Origin: Eledone cirrhosa
Lineage: Eukaryota
Assembly: GCA_964016885.1 (NCBI GenBank)
Contig: OZ024743.1
Coordinates: forward strand, 54,188,001-54,252,000
Direction of reading: 5' to 3'
DNA: 64,000 nt
In this document: piece after piece, positions 26,178-38,739 of the stretch
Numbering within the stretch: position 1 is the first letter of the stretch
Layout: each line of letters starts with the position of its first letter
The notes under the pieces: generated by a model
The model's database searches: none
The model's input: the letters and a program-made list of their open reading frames with translations, nothing else
Told to the model about the DNA's origin: nothing
Translations under genes and position numbers: made by a program

Positions 26178-26760
26178 ATACGATATATTAACAAATGGAA
26201 ACTATATTTATAAAACCATATTTATTTGATTATACATATTTCAAGGACACCAAGTTAAATTATGGTGTGCTTTCATCAGATAAAATATAATATAGAGCAG
26301 TTTTATAAATAAATATTGACATACCCTTAAAGAATGCGACCATTTCTGTTGGAAACACCCGGATATTGGGGTTACAACTTTACTTATACTATTATGTAAA
26401 TTAGTTTCGGAATTTTTAAATCAGTGTAGATTTAAATATGCCGAAACTAATTTACATAATAGTATAAATAAAGTTATAACCCCAATATCCGGGAGCTTCC
26501 AACAGAAATGGTCGCATTCTTTAAGGGTATGTCAATATTTATTTATAAAACTGCTCTATATTATATTTTATCTGATGAAAGCACACCATAATTTAACTTG
26601 GTGTCCTTGAAATATGTATTATCAAATAAATATGGTTTTATAAATATAGTTTCCATTTGTTAATATATCGTATTTTTACTCCAATAATTTGTTGAGTGCT
26701 TTATATCAGTTATAAAAATATTTGCTTGTTGTATCTCAACAATTTAAATAGAACTTCTAC
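26178..26760 (+). mobile_element. Penelope-like pLTR fragment with ~245-bp inverted arms, in (TA)n
   Basis: Arms 26178-26422 and 26429-26673 with about 8 mismatches and a 6-nt spacer. The right arm continues ~85 bp to (TA)n. Hammerhead in each arm. Confidence 0.75.
26564..26628 (+). ncRNA. Type I hammerhead ribozyme (mirror copy on - strand at 26223-26287)
   Basis: tattttat CTGATGA aagcacacca-taatttaact-tggtgtcctt GAA AT atgt AT (T/A) atcaaata: stem II 9/10 paired, stem I 7/8 paired, minimal stem III. Confidence 0.7.
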
Positions 26761-27056
26761 ATATATATATATATATATATGTCTGTGTGTCAGCCACGTA
26801 AGGACATCACATCACCCGTCATTCACCAAGAAAGTTCTGGTGTGGAATGGGTTAGACAGTTTGTTGGCAACCATCCAACCATGATGTTTACCTGTCCTAC
26901 AGTTAACGTTCTGCAACGTTTGAAGACTTGATGACGTCCATCATTGTCGGTGTTTCATGTAGTGGTTGTTGTTGTTATTATTGCTGGTGTTATTATGATG
27001 GTTATTGTTGTTAATGTTCTGTCTATTGATGCTTCATATTCTGTAACGTATATGCA

Positions 27057-27168
<112 letters not shown>

Positions 27169-27174
27169 ATATGT

Positions 27175-27362
27175 GTGTGTGTACGAGAGGTATGTATGTT
27201 TGCTTGATATAAAGATTCTGAGAGAGGGGCGAGAGAGAGAGAGTCAGAGTGAGAAAGATATATATATATATATATATCTTTCTCACTCTGACTCTCTCTC
27301 TCTCTCGCCCCTCTCTCAGAATCTTTATATCAAGCAAACATACATACCTCTCGTACACACAC
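27175..27362. repeat. Near-perfect palindrome centred on (AT)n
   Basis: gtgtgtgtacgagagg...gagaaag (AT)10 ctttctc...cctctcgtacacacac; the arms differ only by one GA unit. Confidence 0.95.
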
Positions 27363-27444
27363 TCTCTCTCTCTCGCTTTCTTGTATCTATTTTATGAAGG
27401 TGATGATAGGAAACGCTTGCTATACTTATCTTTGTGACAACTTA

Positions 27445-27509
<65 letters not shown>

Positions 27510-27714
27510 ACTCGCCCCTCCCTCTCGTTCTATCATATGAATGTACGGATGTTATAAAGGTGGTGATAGGAAAAGCTTGTGGTATTCATTTTGTGACAAC
27601 TGACTGACAGCTGCTCAGCTTGATATCACACATCCTCTACAGAATCCAATTCTCTTACCACTAAAATAAATAGAAGATTCTATAGGAGGGCTTCAGTTTG
27701 TGTTTGTGTGTTGG

Positions 27715-28020
27715 ACCTCAGTTGGGTCTGACGATGAATGTTCTGTTTCAGTGATCAAAGGAACATTCTGCTTCTGAAATTAACATGCATGTGCCTGACC
27801 ATTCCACAGACACGTGTATCTTTGGTATAATTCGCTGGGAGATTAAGCGTGACAGAATATTTGACAATACAGGCTCAACTCATTTTTGCCAGATGAATAG
27901 AATCGAGTGGAGTATAATAAATTGTTTTGCTCAAGGACACAATACGCCGCCGGGAATCGAACTACCGACCTTACAATCATTAACCGAACATTATAAACCC
28001 TAAGTGTAGTGCCTTCACAA
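27715..28020 (-). mobile_element. tRNA-derived SINE, diverged (family 1)
   Basis: The reverse complement has a B-box-like gttcgattcccggcggc followed by gtgtccttgagcaa. Related copies at ~32320-32490 (-) and ~57300-57670 (+) share ttgctcaa and tccacagacacgtgta blocks. Confidence 0.7.
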
Positions 28021-28289
28021 CTGGAGAACTACCCAACAACCACCACCCAAATGACAACCACTGTTCACGCCCCCTCTCACACTTTACATACAATACATAT
28101 TTACCACCACAGTATGTCATAGATGATTTAAACACGTTTGCTTGTAACATGTGTCTTTTTTGTCCCCTACTAAAATGGCTGGCATACAATAATGGTGTGC
28201 CTTTTATTTTTGGATATATGACGTGGTGCTATAGTTAGATGATATGTGAGTAATTATCTATTTATTTGTTAATATTTGCCTGTAATAAC

Positions 28290-28478
28290 TGTTTCTACTT
28301 TAGGCACAAGGCCAGCAAATATCCAGTGCATTACTGGTACTTTATTTTATCGACCCCGTAAGGATGAAAGGCAAAGTCAACCTCGGCGGGATTTGAACTC
28401 AGATCGTAAAGGGACGTAACTATGCTGGAAAGCATGGCGTCCGACCCTCTACCGATACTACCAATCCACCGCCTGTAT
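28290..28478 (-). mobile_element. tRNA-derived SINE with Nin/Deu-like core (family 2)
   Basis: On the - strand: A-box-like head, gagttcaaatcc B box, and core gcctttcatccttacggggtcgataaa. TSD tttgcctgtaataac at 28275-28289 and 28479-28493. Confidence 0.85.
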
Positions 28479-28727
28479 TTTGCCTGTAATAACATAGTCT
28501 GAAAAGGCTGGGTGTTCAGATTCCAATAAGAAGGTTGGTATGTGGTCACAAAGTTTGCTAGATATAAAAACCTAAAGTTTCTAAAGATTACATCTTTGTG
28601 TCTTATAAAAGGAAAAATACATTAGAATAGATGGCGAGAGTAACGGTAAATATCTTTTAGAGTTGAAGTCGAATCCATTCAATATACAAAGAACAAATGT
28701 GAAATAACTTTACATCTGGCTTGGTTT

Positions 28728-30610
28728 TTCTTCTTCTTCTTCTTCTTCTTCTTCTTTGGTGGGTCATGGGGGTAGAATCTTCAAACACTCCTTCCAACAG
28801 GTCCTGTCAGAAGCAACCGTCTCCAACTGATCCGACTGGATCCCCAAGCGAGACCAGCCAAGCTCATAGATATTATCCAACCATGTTGCTAGGGGGTCAA
28901 CCAATGGATCTCCTGCTGGTTGGTTTTGCCCATAAAATCATCTGTCCAGCGATTGAAGATAGCCAGTTTGGCTTTTACGCCAATCTCCCTTCTACTGATT
29001 ACCGAATGTTGAAGCTGGCGCATTACTGCAGCAGTTCCTGCATTTCTTGCACTTAATTCAGACTCATGCCTTCCCTCACTTATGAAAATTGTCTCGAGAA
29101 ACTTGAACAACTTTACCTGCTTCAGTTGAACTCCAATCTTATGTAGAGTGCACTGCACAGGATTCCTGGAGTTTTCGCAGCCCTGATTTTCATTCCAGCC
29201 ATGCATCACTCGGCATCAAACTTATCAAGTACAAGTCAGAGATCACCTTCTGTTTAGTTAAGTAACACCATGTCGTCTGCAAATTCCAGCCGACTGATTT
29301 TACACCTGCTAATCTTGACACCACTTCCAACCCGGCTGAGCAGGTCAATCCTGTTCATGTAAATAATGAATAGGAGAGGTGTCAATACGCGCCCTTGGCG
29401 GAGTCCAACTCCCACATTGAATGGTTTCGATTTAGCACCATTTATTCGAACACAAATCTCGTGTATTCGTATAGAGACATCAGGGCAGCAAGAAGTTGAC
29501 CATCGATCCCATACTCCTGCACAACTCTCCACAGCAGGTTTCGAAGAACACGGTCATATGCCTGTCCATGTTCGACAAAACAAGAATATACATCTTGGCA
29601 ATAATCCCAGGATTTCCCGAAGACCTGCCGCAATGTGAATGTTTGGTCCGATGTGCTGCGTCCGGGGCGAAAACCGCACGGTTCGACAGCTAGCTTGGAC
29701 TCGACAATCTCCCTTAATTTCTTAGCATAGACTTTACCGAGGACGCTTAACAAATAGATCTCTTATCTCCCTTTTTGAAAATTGGGATTATCACTCCCGA
29801 TTTGCCATTGCTTAAGTGCCTCACCAGAGATCCAGGCCACCCGGCACACACGAGTCGGCCAAAAATACCTTTTATATTTAAGGCCTTTAACATCTCGGGC
29901 CGGATTTCATCTTCCCCAGAACACTGTATTTGGTGATCTGAAGTCGGATTCCATCTTAACCCCAAATTCCTCTCAGGTCTTAACTTTGGACGCCTTTACT
30001 GTCTCTGCGATTTTTCGTGCCTACTTGTCCAAGCAGGATTTATTTCCAAGCCAAACTTTGTAGGCCTTCTTCTTTCCTCGGGTGGCATCTTTGACCTCTT
30101 GATTGAACCAAGGGGTCCTCCTGCCATCCGACACCACACCAAGCCTCTTTCGTTTTCAGTATTTAACAGCTGAAGTAGAAACGACTAAGCTGAACAACGT
30201 CCACTCTGTCTCAACGGCCTAAGTTTGCTCAAAGTGTTCTGTGAATTTGGATGCAATGACATCTGCATATCTGGTCGTGACATCCTTATCCACCAATACT
30301 TCCCACTTTATCCTGGATCTACCAGTTTTGTGGATTTGTTTGGCTTTAGGTAGTCTCCAGCTGCAGATAACTAGAGGGTGATCAGTTGACAGCTCAGCCT
30401 CTCTCTTAATACGAACATCCAGCACAGAATCGAAAATATTAGAGACAATAACAAAATCAGTTATTTGTCTTTGCCCCTGATTCCCCTTATACCATGTATA
30501 TTTATGGATGTCTATGTCCTGGAAGAAAGTGTTCATAATAGAGAGTTCATTGTTAGAACAGAAGTCTAATAAGGCTTCTCCATTCGTATTTAGATCGGGG
30601 GTCACCATTC
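28728..30610 (-). mobile_element. Decayed RTE-clade LINE (APE + RT remnants) with (GAA)n tail
   Basis: Broken ORFs carry NTFFQ..HKYTWY, STDHPLV (APE) and GFRPGRSTSDQ, GLRQG..LTPLLF, FADD (RT). (TTC)n on + at 28728-28755 is the 3' tail. Confidence 0.9.
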
Positions 30611-30849
30611 CTTTCTATGTCAGCTTGATTCTTTTGTTTTTCTTTCTCTCTTCCTGTTTGTAAATATATACAACTCCAATAATATAAATTCCTCCAATAA
30701 AAATGACAAGGATGCTAAAGTATTTAAAAACATGTCAAAATTAGTTGTCTTCATTCATTCAACGGCGTTGTTAAGTGCATTTACATGGTGCATGTACTCA
30801 CTCGTGTTTGCTGTTATTCTCCTTTCTGTGAAGTGAAATCAAACAAAAA

Positions 30850-31120
30850 CAGCGGAGAAAGTAAAGCGACCGAGATGAGGTTCTTTCGAAGAGTCGATGC
30901 AGTAACGTTACTCAAATGAATACGTAGCTCGGATATCAGAGCGTCACTTCAGGTAGAGCCGCTACTTCTCCGAATTGAGAGATCACAGTTCCGATAGTAT
31001 GGGCATGTGGTTAGAATGTCTCAGGAAAGATGGACAGATTTTACGGGCAAAACCATCTGACAGGTAACCCAAGGGTAGACCTCGAGCAAGATGTTTAGAT
31101 AAATAACATCCATGAGCTTG
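30850..31120 (+). mobile_element. RTE LINE 3' fragment
   Basis: Translates to EMRFFRRV...VEPLLLRIERSQ..YGHVVRM...KGRPRAR. Shares ggacaga..tttta(c/t)gggcaaaacca with the adjacent - strand RTE. Confidence 0.75.
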
Positions 31121-31904
31121 GCTGGTCTATTCTTTGCTGATCTATTCCTGGAGAAATTTTATTTTAAGTGGTAGCATTCCTACAACATTTAATTTTCTTT
31201 AGGCATTAAAGAATTATACATTACAAAAAAGTGCATTACTATTATAAAATAATAGGATGGGTTGAGGTCTCAATATGTAAACTAAATTCTGTTGTTTTTT
31301 TCTTTAAATCAACGGAGAAAACCTAGAAAAGTTACCGATTTTCCAATTCCGCTCCCCCCACCCCCTCTCTATTATTTGGGACCCGGCAGAAGAGGTCGAT
31401 ATAATAAATTGTTTCTCTCGACAAATGCGTGGCCGTATGCCTATGTGTGAAAATGACTATTACTATTACTATTATTCATAGAGTTTTTATTATGTCTAAG
31501 CTACTAAGCTTTTATCTCTATATCTCTTTCACTATTTATCTGTTTATATTTATGTCTATCTATCAGTCTAACTTTCCATTGCTTTATTCATATATCAATT
31601 TATTCATCTCATTATTTCCCCGTTTCTTCCCCGAAAAAGAGAGAGAGAGAGAGATGAGGGAGAGAGGGAGAGAGAGAGAGATAAATAAATAGGTAGGTAG
31701 TAGGTAGGTAGGTAGGTAGATAAATATCCGTCCCTCTATACACACTCTACTTACTGACAGATACAAACACTGTGTTTGGATAATGTAAAGCACATCTGAT
31801 TTCCTCTTGCAGACTTATCCTTTGATGTGTGTTGAAATGAAGCAGGACTGTCGGATGATCTTAACCAGAGCTAGAGATGCTCTGGGAGGGAGAGAGAAGA
31901 ACTG

Positions 31905-32011
<107 letters not shown>

Positions 32012-33021
32012 TGTGTGTGCGAGCGTGCGCGCGTATGTATATCAGTGTGTGTGAAAGAGAGAGTGTGTGCGAGAAAATGTTTTCCTCTCAATATGTCTTG
32101 AAAGCAGTAGAATAAACAATGAAAATGATGTTAAGTGAGTCCTAGGTCAGAGAACTTGAAAGGTATGTTTTGAAACCACGAAACATTTGTGCTTTGCCTT
32201 CTAGCTTCACTTCCAGGCTGATGAAATAATGGTTTCTAAATAAGTTGGGGAAGGGGTCAATTTGACTAAATCGACTCTAGTACTTGACTGGTACTTTATC
32301 CTATAGTTAGTTCTCAGCATGGCACATCTTGTGATAAGACTGACCCTTTAAATTACAGGTATAGTTCATTTTCTTCTCCAAGTGAGTACACTGGAGCAAC
32401 GTCAAAGATTGTGACTTGCTCAAAGACATAACGCGTCATGATACGAACTCACTATGATCATGTGGTGGACACGTTAAATACTAAGCCATATGCTTGGCTG
32501 ATGAAAGAGTAAACGATGCAAACGTGGACCCCCACTCCTCCTTCAAATAGATAAAATCTGATAATGTTGAAATATAAGCTTCATTGTAGGCAACCGCTTG
32601 TAAGCAATACTGATGAAGGATATAAGAGATTACCAATATTTGTAATGACTCCTTTCTTCGTTTTAAGTTACCACCATGATCATCATCAAGGCTTGACTTT
32701 GCTAACCAAGACTTATGAGGTAATTGGCATGAGCTGTCCATGTCTATTGAAGCGGGTGTAACGAAATGTTTGCTCTAGGGTTTTTCTTTTCGCCAGTTCC
32801 TTTTGCCCTTAAAAGCAGCCCTCTCCAAGGAGGAAAGCGATTGTTGTGTGATCAGGTCTTACGATCAGAAGCTATATCAGACCACCGACCATGGTCAATA
32901 TGACACGTTTGAGAGGATTTCTTCAGAGAGTGCTGTATCTTTTCTTCGGAAACCGTCTGTTACAGTGGCCAGTTGAGAATTTGAATTTGACATACAGCGT
33001 TATCTTGAGCAAACGTTTTAA

Positions 33022-33079
<58 letters not shown>

Positions 33080-33087
<8 letters not shown>

Positions 33088-33570
33088 AAATATTTCGTAT
33101 CACAAAGGAAATACGGTTTTAGGAAGCCGTAGCTATGCATACGTCGGGGGGCTAACGCCCTCTGGTGATGTCCAGCAGAAGCAAGGGGGACAACCGTCTA
33201 TGCATTTCAGGCTTAACTGGCCTTCGTCAGGACGGTTCCTCCCACCGCTTGCGACTGCTGGACTAGAAGATAGCCGAGAATATATACATTTCTCGTCTGT
33301 GTAAATGAGGTGATTATGAGAAAAGTATATATTCTCGGCTATCTTCTAGTCCAGCAGTCGCAAGCGGTGGGAGGGACCGTCCTGACGAAGGCCAGTTAAG
33401 CCTGAAATGCATAGACGGTTGTCCCACTTGCTTCTGCTGGACATCACCAGAGGGCGTTAGCCCCCCGACGTTTGCATAGCTACGGCTTCCTAAAACCGTA
33501 TTTCCTTGGAGATACGAAATATTTATACATATTGTATAAAGCTATGCTTGAAGCGAAATCCTATTTCTTT
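33080..33570 (+). mobile_element. Penelope-like pLTR fragment with ~215-bp inverted arms, in (TA)n
   Basis: Arms 33080-33294 and 33318-33532 with few mismatches and a 23-nt spacer. The right arm extends ~38 bp further. (TA)n on both sides. Confidence 0.78.
33376..33419 (+). ncRNA. Minimal type I hammerhead ribozyme (mirror copy on - strand at 33192-33237)
   Basis: accgtc CTGACGA aggc-cagttaa-gcct GAA ATGCAT A gacggt: perfect 6-bp stem I, 4-bp stem II, palindromic stem III as in PLE-associated dimerising hammerheads. Confidence 0.9.
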
Positions 33571-33591
33571 TATATATATATATATATATAT

Positions 33592-33862
<271 letters not shown>

Positions 33863-33863
33863 G

Positions 33864-33928
<65 letters not shown>

Positions 33929-33939
33929 GTATATATATG

Positions 33940-33988
<49 letters not shown>

Positions 33989-33989
33989 G

Positions 33990-34079
<90 letters not shown>

Positions 34080-34089
34080 CATACACTCT

Positions 34090-34526
34090 TAAGAGTCAAT
34101 GGCCATCCAAAATCACCGGGAGAGATGACCCCTTAGCCTTTGTCAAGGCAGAATTCTAGGAGAAGGAAAACTCTGATATAACACCTGCAACCCTGATGAT
34201 ATCCAATGATGTTGACTTGTTCTTCTTTTTGGTAAATATCATCTTGGTTAAGAGAGTGGGAATGGCTTTGTGCAGTGCCTTTGCTCACTATAAAAGCTTC
34301 ACGGCACAGGCATCGCTTTATATCTGGAGATCTCTCTGCACTTGTCGTCACATGGTACCATGGGCCCAGCACTATGTGTCAATAATTGTCACAAGTGTAG
34401 TGTTTGTACCAAAGTTTTCAAGTCGCTGGCCGGACTGAAAAATCACACTCGTTCAGCGCATCGGTAGGGGTTCTCCTACATGGATATAAAGTAGTGGCCG
34501 TACTCGAAAACGAGTTGGCAGCCACC

Positions 34527-34527
<1 letters not shown>
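34090..34527 (+). mobile_element. Internally deleted (bipartite) RTE derivative
   Basis: The 5' part matches the 5' UTR of the RTE at 61905-62140 (caccgggag..cc(t/c)tagcc.ttgtca..tctaggagaagg.aactc; atgatgttga.; gagagt.gga.tggct). The 3' part encodes [25 protein letters not shown] (34390-34467), an RTE-type C-terminal C2H2 finger. Confidence 0.8.
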
Positions 34528-34588
<61 letters not shown>

Positions 34589-34592
34589 GTAG

Positions 34593-34648
<56 letters not shown>

Positions 34649-34659
34649 ATATATATATG

Positions 34660-34762
<103 letters not shown>

Positions 34763-34773
34763 ATATATATGTA

Positions 34774-34848
<75 letters not shown>

Positions 34849-34904
34849 CGTAAAATAAGAAAATAAAAAAAAAAATGTTAAAAAATTAACTTACTTAAAT
34901 TTTC

Positions 34905-34986
34905 CCTCCAACTAATTAGTTTCTGCAATGGGATAAAGACAGTTACGTAATGAACTGTTGAGAATTTCATTGCGTCATCAGGGAGG
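34905..34986 (-). ncRNA. Type I hammerhead ribozyme with extended stem II
   Basis: On the - strand: cctcc CTGATGA c-gcaatg...cattgc-a GAA ACTAATTAGT T ggagg. Palindromic stem III. Lies in a ~390-bp insert between (TA)n tracts. Confidence 0.8.
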
Positions 34987-35231
34987 TCTATTCTCAGCCA
35001 AGTCTCCAGGCAATGCGCGGACACTGGGGACTCATATAAAAATAATAATAATTCGGTAAATGGAACAGCTATCGGGGACTGGATTCCAAGCTCTGAAAAT
35101 TCTCGCTGCCACTGGTCAAATGGCCGATTCTAAAGAATCAATCACGTGACACTGAGGCTAGTCGGTAGGAGTGTATTTGCTGGCATTAGCGTACATCTGT
35201 GCGCTTATGTTAGTAGATATATTAAATTATC

Positions 35232-35293
<62 letters not shown>

Positions 35294-35303
35294 CATGTAT
35301 ATA

Positions 35304-35673
<370 letters not shown>

Positions 35674-35685
35674 TATATTTATATA

Positions 35686-35846
<161 letters not shown>

Positions 35847-36137
35847 TCAGGACCACGACGGTTGAGCTCCGGTCGTTTTGACAGCTACATGCTTACTCTG
35901 GTGCATTATGGTCCACCTAGTACCTTACCACACCCTCTTCGTTCTGCATATATATAAATATAAATATATGTAGGGCTCAATCGTTATCTCCTGCTGAGTG
36001 AAGAGCGAAGACAAAAAACATTATCAGGTCATGTGTATTCTATAGCCACGGATCGGATCTTGTTTTATTCTTTTATGTAGACATACACTATCCTTGCCGT
36101 AGATGGCCTATATTTTATTGAACACACATATACATAT

Positions 36138-36210
<73 letters not shown>

Positions 36211-36269
36211 GTAAATATCCGTAGCTGGGAAATCAGTGTTCAATAACGTATGAGAGCCAATATATAATG

Positions 36270-36480
36270 GTTTCTGATTTAGGCACTAGGCCAGCAATTT
36301 TGGGGGTGAGGAAAGTCGATTAATTCCACACAGTGCATTACTGGTACTTTATTTTATCGACCTCGTAAGGATGAAAGGCAAAGTTTACCTCGGCGTGATT
36401 GAACTCAGATTATAAAGGGCCGTAACTCTATGCTGCAAAACATGGCGTCCAACCCTTCCGATTCTGCCAATCCACCGCCC
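36270..36480 (-). mobile_element. Nin/Deu-like SINE (family 2)
   Basis: Same core as 28290-28478. Candidate TSD gccaatatataat at 36256-36268 and 36498-36510. Confidence 0.85.
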
Positions 36481-36527
36481 TATAAATAATATCCAGGGCC
36501 AATATATAATATTATTTATTTATGTTC

Positions 36528-36686
36528 GGGCGGTGGATTGGCAGTATCGGTAGAGGGTCGGACGCCATGTTTTGACGCATAGTTACGGGCCTTGCCATTC
36601 TGAGTTCAAATCCGGCCGAGGTTAACTTTGCCTTTCATCCTTACGGGGTCGATAAATTGCTGGCCTTGTGCCAAAAAGTAGAAACA
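36528..36686 (+). mobile_element. Nin/Deu-like SINE (family 2)
   Basis: tggcagtatcgg A box, gagttcaaatcc B box and core. TSD attatttatttatgttc at 36511-36527 and 36687-36703. Confidence 0.87.
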
Positions 36687-37079
36687 ATTATTTATTTATG
36701 TTCATACACGGAACAAAAACGCTACACAAGATTGACCTTATCTCCAGATCGTAAGAGCGATCAAATTGATGACTTAATCTTCGGCTGCTTAGACGAGTTA
36801 GAAGATACCGTTAAAAATATAGCGCGTTAAAACGCTTGTTTAGGAAAGAGAAATAACACAAAGATGTAAATTTGAAATAGCAAAGCAGGTGTATTCGAGT
36901 TACTATGCGTGCAGTATAGTATAAATTATATGTAAATTTGATGTAGCAAAGCAGTTCTGCACGTGCAATATAGCGAATATATGGTACACTGTAGTGGTAT
37001 GTAATATAGAGATGTTAATATCTATTAACGTATGGTGTTGAATAATATAAAATGTGTACCATATTATGTATATGTGGAA

Positions 37080-38150
37080 AATGAAAAGATATTAAGAAAG
37101 AATATTAATCAAATTTTTCCTTAAAGTAAAGACTAATGTAGGTAAGAAGTTTTTATATTTAACAGATAAACATTTCCCACAACATAAATACAGTAAAATC
37201 TTCAATCGCAATTCCGTCAAGATATCCTTTCATGTGGCCTGTCTATGAGACCAAAGGTTACAGCAAAGAATATACCCGATGTAAATCCAAGCTGTTCTTG
37301 TAGGATTAAAGAGAACTATCCTCTCCAACAGAAATGTTATATCAAATCCGTTGTGTGAGGCATGGATTACACACAACACTACAGACAATTCTGAAGTTAG
37401 CAAAAGATATGTCGGTATGGTGCAAGATAGTTTTGAACAACTTTTTTACTCGAATCTCTCCTCCTCCAGGAATCTTGAAATGAGACCTAACACGGCCCTG
37501 GCAAAAGAAGTCAGGCAATTAAAATAGAAAGGAGTCCCAGATAAGATAACTTGGAAGGTACTTGGAAGATTCAGTGGGAAATTTAGAATAATACAATGTT
37601 ATCATTGAACTCAAATTATTTGAACTCAAACAACGAAATTTTTAGAGGACGTCTCCAGCTCAGAGGACAGCTCCTTATTAAATGGAAACACTCAGCAAAT
37701 TCCTCTTATTTTCAACTTAATTTGGTTTATATAATTTCTTAATATCTTTTCATTTTCCACATTTACATTATACAGTACACCATTTATACTACAGAACTCC
37801 ATACATTAATAGATATTACCAACTCTATATTACATACCACCTCATAATACCATAGATTACTACACGTGTACAACTGCTTTACTATATCAAATTTATATAT
37901 TTGAGTTCTTTTCTTATGTTAAACTACATTTTTCTAAACAAGCATTTTAACGCTTATACTTTCAACAGTAAATTCAAAATCGTCTTACCGCCTGAAGAAT
38001 AGGTCACAAATTTGATCCCTCTTACAATCTGGGGATATGGTCGATATTGGGCCTTGAAACCTTAGGTAGCGCTTTTGTTCTGTGTATGAACATAAATAAG
38101 TAATATAATATAATATATACACATAAATATGTATATACATTTGAACAATT
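37080..38150 (+). mobile_element. Decayed Penelope-like element 3' end (RT thumb, Cys linker, GIY-YIG, pLTR)
   Basis: My translation gives [35 protein letters not shown] (~37124-37230), CSCRIKENYPLQQKCYIKSVV (from 37293), then with a frameshift EAWIT...KRYVGMVQDSFEQ and TALAKEVRQLK*KGVPDKITWKVL. A hammerhead follows. The ORF track misses it because of stops. Confidence 0.8.
37989..38071 (+). ncRNA. Type I hammerhead ribozyme, long stem II
   Basis: cgc CTGAAGA ataggtc...gggcctt GAA ACC tta GGT A gcg; stem I is only 3 bp. Confidence 0.65.
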
Positions 38151-38739
38151 TTAGTATATAGACATGTAAATTTGCCAAATACACGCATTTCCTTGTAGGA
38201 AAAAAAACAACAAAAAACAACCTTAAATCATGAGAGGGCATGTATATCATCTAAACAACCACAAAGAAATACGTACCTGAATGTCTGTATACTCTATCAA
38301 TTCTTGTATTCTCTTAAAATAGACGTGCTGATTTGTATATTATTAGCGCGCTTGTCGATAGATATTTAATTTATATTTAGTTGCGTGCTAACAGCCGAAG
38401 TACACGATAAAGTTAAATATGTATGTATATATATATATATATATATATAGCATAGAAATAACCGGGGCTGCGAACATGTATATTTAATTTTACGCAGTCT
38501 CAGTTACTTCTGCAGTGTATATTATGCAGTGTATATAAACCAATGCTTACTAAAGTGGTTTTGGCCAGAGTTTATATATTTTATACACGAGCAACCTGCG
38601 AAAGTATTTTGATCTATGCTCTAACAACTCCGACAAATCTGCGCTAAATGTAATTATAGATATAAATATGATGGGATGGCAACGGCTAGAACATCTTTGA
38701 TTATAACTGTGTTCATGGAGGGGTGACCTGGGACTCGCA

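Noticed and set aside
33080-33532. Integrated viroid-like RNA with ribozymes in both polarities
   Set aside because: The two ribozymes are the same sequence duplicated by inversion, not independent plus and minus ribozymes in a rod-like genome.
34390-34467. Host C2H2 zinc-finger exon
   Set aside because: It is a single finger ending at a stop, has no TGEKP linker, and is attached to an RTE 5' UTR homologue.
36528-36615. tRNA genes
   Set aside because: The A/B boxes belong to SINE heads followed by the shared core and TSDs; no cloverleaf is evident.
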